This document shows positions 59,989 to 64,000 of a stretch of DNA of 64,000 nucleotides, one piece after another; positions within the stretch are counted from its first letter, which is position 1; every line of letters starts with the position of its first letter. The notes under the pieces are model-generated. The model was given only the letters and a program-made list of their open reading frames with translations. It was not told the DNA's origin and ran no database searches. Source of the DNA: Eledone cirrhosa (Eukaryota); contig OZ024741.1 of assembly GCA_964016885.1 (NCBI GenBank), positions 134,478,001 through 134,542,000 on the forward strand. The letters are read 5' to 3'. A program made the position numbers and the translations under genes.

Positions 59989-60151
59989 TATATGTATGTA
60001 TGTATATATATATATATGTATATATGTATGTATGTATATATATATATATGTATATATGTATGTATATATATATATAATGTATGTATGTATATATATATAT
60101 ATGTATGTATGTATATATATGTATGTATGTATGTATGTATATATATATATG

Positions 60152-60213
<62 letters not shown>

Positions 60214-61703
60214 TGTATGTATGTATGTATGTATGTATATATATATATGAACTCTGGAGCTTGTTAGAATGCTCAAATGAATCTAATATGATGAAAGCCT
60301 ACTACAAAAACTATAACTCTAATCACCTGATTTTGTTGAAATTACTTCTGGACTATATGAAGTTCTAACAATGTCATTGGCCCCCACGATAGACAGCAGA
60401 TTTCTTCCAGAGAAGGATAGAGAGTGAGAGAATGGAAGTTACCAGACTAGTACTTTTATTATCAACCTTGAAAGGATGAATGGCAAAGTCGACCTTCGCT
60501 GAAATGAATACCACAAAGCACTCTACCCAACATTCTAACAACTCTGCCAATTCACTGCCTTATTTAATTGTGGTGATGAAAAAAACAATATTGGACCCTG
60601 CACTACCAAGCTCCTCCACAAGATTGGAACACTAGTAGCCCGTGTGAGAAAGGAGCCCTGCAAGGTGGGGTGGTTGTTGCAGTGGGTGTCACTGGCCATT
60701 GTCCGAGGGGTGCAGCCCCCATTACCACTGCACCTTAGGCCTTGAGCCCATACAAGAAAACATATATGAGGGTCTCAATCTCGAGGACTGAAAAGGGTCA
60801 TTGCATCCTTGGGGAAGAGGCACAGCGAGCCAAGAGTGAGATGAAGAGGGCATAATTTCCACCAGTTATAATGCTGATTTGCAATGCAAATGATAGGTTG
60901 CTATTTTTTTTTTTCAGCACAATAAATACACATATGATAGTAAGTGTGATATGTGAATTAATACAAAATTCAGGGGGACAAATTTCTTTCAAATTTTCTT
61001 TAATTCCATTTTTACTTTTGGTAAATTCGCTTATTTCTGTTTTCATTTTTAATAAATTCCATTTTCCCCATTTGATTGTATTTTATGAGTAAATTGCAGT
61101 AAATTGTACTATAAATATTATTAAATCAGTGACAAATTACCAAATGTTAGGAAAATATTATAGACACAAAAATCTTTATACTGCAGACCATTGAAACATT
61201 TGTGAGCTATGTGTTTGAGACTCCTGACACATATGAAAGACTATAAATGACATATTATAGGTGTCTGTTTTTTATATAAAGTCTCTCTTTGTGATCCAAA
61301 TTTCATGTGTAATCAACTGTTTCACACCTCAACTGGAACATTATTCATTCACTTAAAAACATTGTATCATAATTGACTTACTGACATAATTTCAAATCAT
61401 CATCATCACCACCATCATCACTTAACATCCTCTTTCCCTGTTTGCACAGGTGGGTTGGATGGGTCTAATGGAGATAGATATTGTCTGTGTATAAGATTTG
61501 ATTGACATTTCTAAAATGAATACCAAGAGGACACAGTGGATTCATTCAACTGATATATTCAACCTTCTGTTTAAGAAATAAATTAAAATAAAATTGACCT
61601 TCATTTTCATTTTGCGTCAGATTTTTTTCCGTGTTTGAATAAATTGGACTTTGTTCATTGTAAAAGAAATGTGTTAATATCGTGTATTTATATTGTGTTT
61701 CAG

Positions 61704-61916
61704 TCAGAGGCGCTGTATGAAAATGTGCAGCTAATACAGTCAGTCATGAAATATGCCCCAAAGATGGACAACAGTGTGTTTATTAAGAAATATAGCGAAC
61801 ATTGGGATATTTATGAAGATAAATCAAATGGACAGCAGTTCTATTTCAACAAAGAATCGAAGAAAACTACTTGGAAACCCCCCAGACCCGAGAAACCACC
61901 ACCAAGCATTCCTAAT
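61704..61916 (+). CDS. Internal coding exon encoding a WW domain; resembles ARHGAP12/27-family Rho GTPase-activating proteins
   Basis: tttcag acceptor and AAT|GTAAGT donor, 213 bp (phase 0-0). Translation SEALYENVQ...HWDIYEDKSNGQQFYFNKESKKTTWKPPRPEKPPPSIPN has the W-x22-W-x-x-P pattern with a central FYFN. An upstream Y.N motif and TWKPPR recall the first WW of ARHGAP12. The family assignment is from memory and unverified. Confidence 0.8.
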
Positions 61917-62280
61917 GTAAGTTTTCTTTAAAAACTTGGCTCTCATCCCATTAGTGTTTTGTTGTCAGATGTCAACATCTCAACTGTAAATAAATGTTGA
62001 TAGATTGCAGTTGGTATTTAGAGGGCTTAACTATTGATTCAATATATGTTGATGTTGTTATGTTTTTACTCATAGATTTTTAGATGTGTGTGAATATATA
62101 GGGCTGTGTATCTGTGTGCGCTTGTGTGAATGTATGTATGTGCACGTGCGCGCGTGTGTAATGTGTATCGGTATGTATCTATGTGTATGTGTGTGCACAT
62201 GTGCACGCACGCATGCGCGCACACACACGTGCGCACACACACACGATTCTTAGAGTGCCAGTAATATAAGCCTTTCCCAA

Positions 62281-62510
62281 TCCCAGGTAGCTTACTGTTT
62301 CTGGTGATGAAGACACATTTAATTCAACTAGGAAGGCTTCGGCAGTTACAGATATTAGTCCAGCCAGTGTTAATGGTGGTCTCTAGCTGGTTAGGTATGA
62401 TGTGGTTGCTAACCTTACTATATTGAGTTGTACTGTTGAGGTGTTCTAGCGCTAGTTGTGTGTAAATGTTCTACTCAATGACACAGAATTCTCTCCCTTT
62501 CTTTCCAAAG
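62281..62510 (-). pseudogene. Decayed Penelope-like reverse transcriptase N-terminal fragment
   Basis: Manual translation KKGREFCVIE*NIYTQLALEHLNSTTQYSKV...LETTINTGWTNIC...FITRNSKLPG resembles the PLE DKG..VV....Y.....HL....Y....P motif block. Two stops. Confidence 0.5.
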
Positions 62511-62765
62511 TTCTCAAAGGCTAAAACCTAGAGAGAATGTAGGAGGGGGATAAGTGCTTCTGGAGATGGAATTCTTACGTCTAGCTTGTTTAGTGTTAAG
62601 TTCAAGTTGGTGGTTGGAGTGGGTTGTCTGGGTGGAATATGGAGAAAGATCCAAAGTTAGCTTTGGCGTTGGCAGAAATAATAGTAGTATCAGTGTTGGT
62701 GGCGGCAGTGTTGTTGGTGATGTTTGTTGTGGTAGTGGTGACATCTTTGGTTGTAGCAGGCATGG

Positions 62766-62855
<90 letters not shown>

Positions 62856-63247
62856 ATATATATATATATATTAATAAAGCTGATGGCTGTATGTATGTAA
62901 CAAACTTTTTGCCAAACAGCTGAACCAAACAGCAGCAAATTTGCACCATAAATGTAACTTTTTCCAAGTAAGAAAGTGAGGGTATTTTTGACTATTAAAT
63001 TTCGTTAAAAGATTAAAGATATTTTATTGATTATTTAAATATTCACTTCTTTAAAATTCGCCAATGTCAACACTTCCGGTTAGCGATCTCTTTCTTTCTT
63101 AGTCTGTCTTTTTAGATAGATACATAGCTATAACGTCGCACCCTTATAATTTCTGTCTGGCTGTCTACATTATGAAAACCATTCTGTACATTGACTTCGT
63201 TATGTGTGTGTGTGTGTGTGTGTGTGCATATGTATATATATATAGTG

Positions 63248-63282
<35 letters not shown>

Positions 63283-63544
63283 GATAGATAGATATAGTGT
63301 CTGTGTATATATATATATATAGTGTTAGTATCATAAATGCCTGTTTGCATTGACTTCGTTTCTAACCAACTTTAAATTAATTATATATATATATGTATAA
63401 GTGTATATATGTGTTCATGTGTGTTTGAAATATATATATACGCTAGCATGGAAAATGGACGTTAAACGATATGTGTGTGTATGTATGCATGTATATGTAT
63501 GTTTTTGATGTTTCTATTGTATTGAGAATACTTTTCATAATGTG

Positions 63545-63600
<56 letters not shown>

Positions 63601-64000
63601 CTTGTGTGTCATAGAGAGCTAGAACCACAATAGCTTTTTTTTTTTATATTGTATATTTTACTATCTTTCACTGATCTACAGATTTACTAAAACATCTTTA
63701 CTTAATTAATTATTTATTTCAATTAAAACAGTTGACTAATATATAATTAAGTGGATTCCATTAAGTCAGTGTTTAACGAACTACATCACTTACATTAACC
63801 AATTGTATTTGGTCAGCAATATTACATTGCTAATTTTGTCGAAGCTCTTTATATTCTGATTTTAAATCCTACCAAGGCCAACTTTGCCTTTCATTATTCC
63901 GGGGTCGATGATACTAGTCAAGCTGATTTAATTAACTTTGCCCTTCCTCCAAATTTGCAGGCCTTGTGCCTGAATTAGAAATCAATATTACATTATTGAT

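Noticed and set aside
60590-60860. GC-richer island, possibly a retroelement 5' region or an exon
   Set aside because: No recognisable motif, ORF or splice pair, and no second copy in the window.

Overview
Eukaryotic, very AT-rich, repeat-dominated DNA. The SINE families, RTE LINEs and huge (TA)n/(TATG)n fields suggest an octopod cephalopod; this is inferred, not proven. Almost all long ORFs in the supplied track are translations of microsatellites. The only convincing host coding sequence is one 213-bp WW-domain exon (61704-61916, +) resembling the ARHGAP12/27 RhoGAP family, so the window is probably intronic or upstream of that gene. The rest consists of RTE, CR1 and Penelope-like (PLE) retroelement fragments, tRNA-derived SINEs, a probable hAT-type element, a 7.6-kb 17-bp minisatellite and a 200-N gap. 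The main unexpected signal is RNA-level. At least six sequence-distinct families of type I hammerhead ribozyme motifs can be folded by eye. They include (i) a near-perfect 311-bp tandem array with one minimal hammerhead per unit (32654-34063), resembling a retrozyme or circular-RNA-producing satellite, and (ii) two unrelated hammerheads whose stem II is expanded into a ~115-125-nt hairpin with G-U-supported pairing. Several of these motifs sit in long fold-back palindromes embedded in TA microsatellites. All structures were derived manually; none has been computed or tested.
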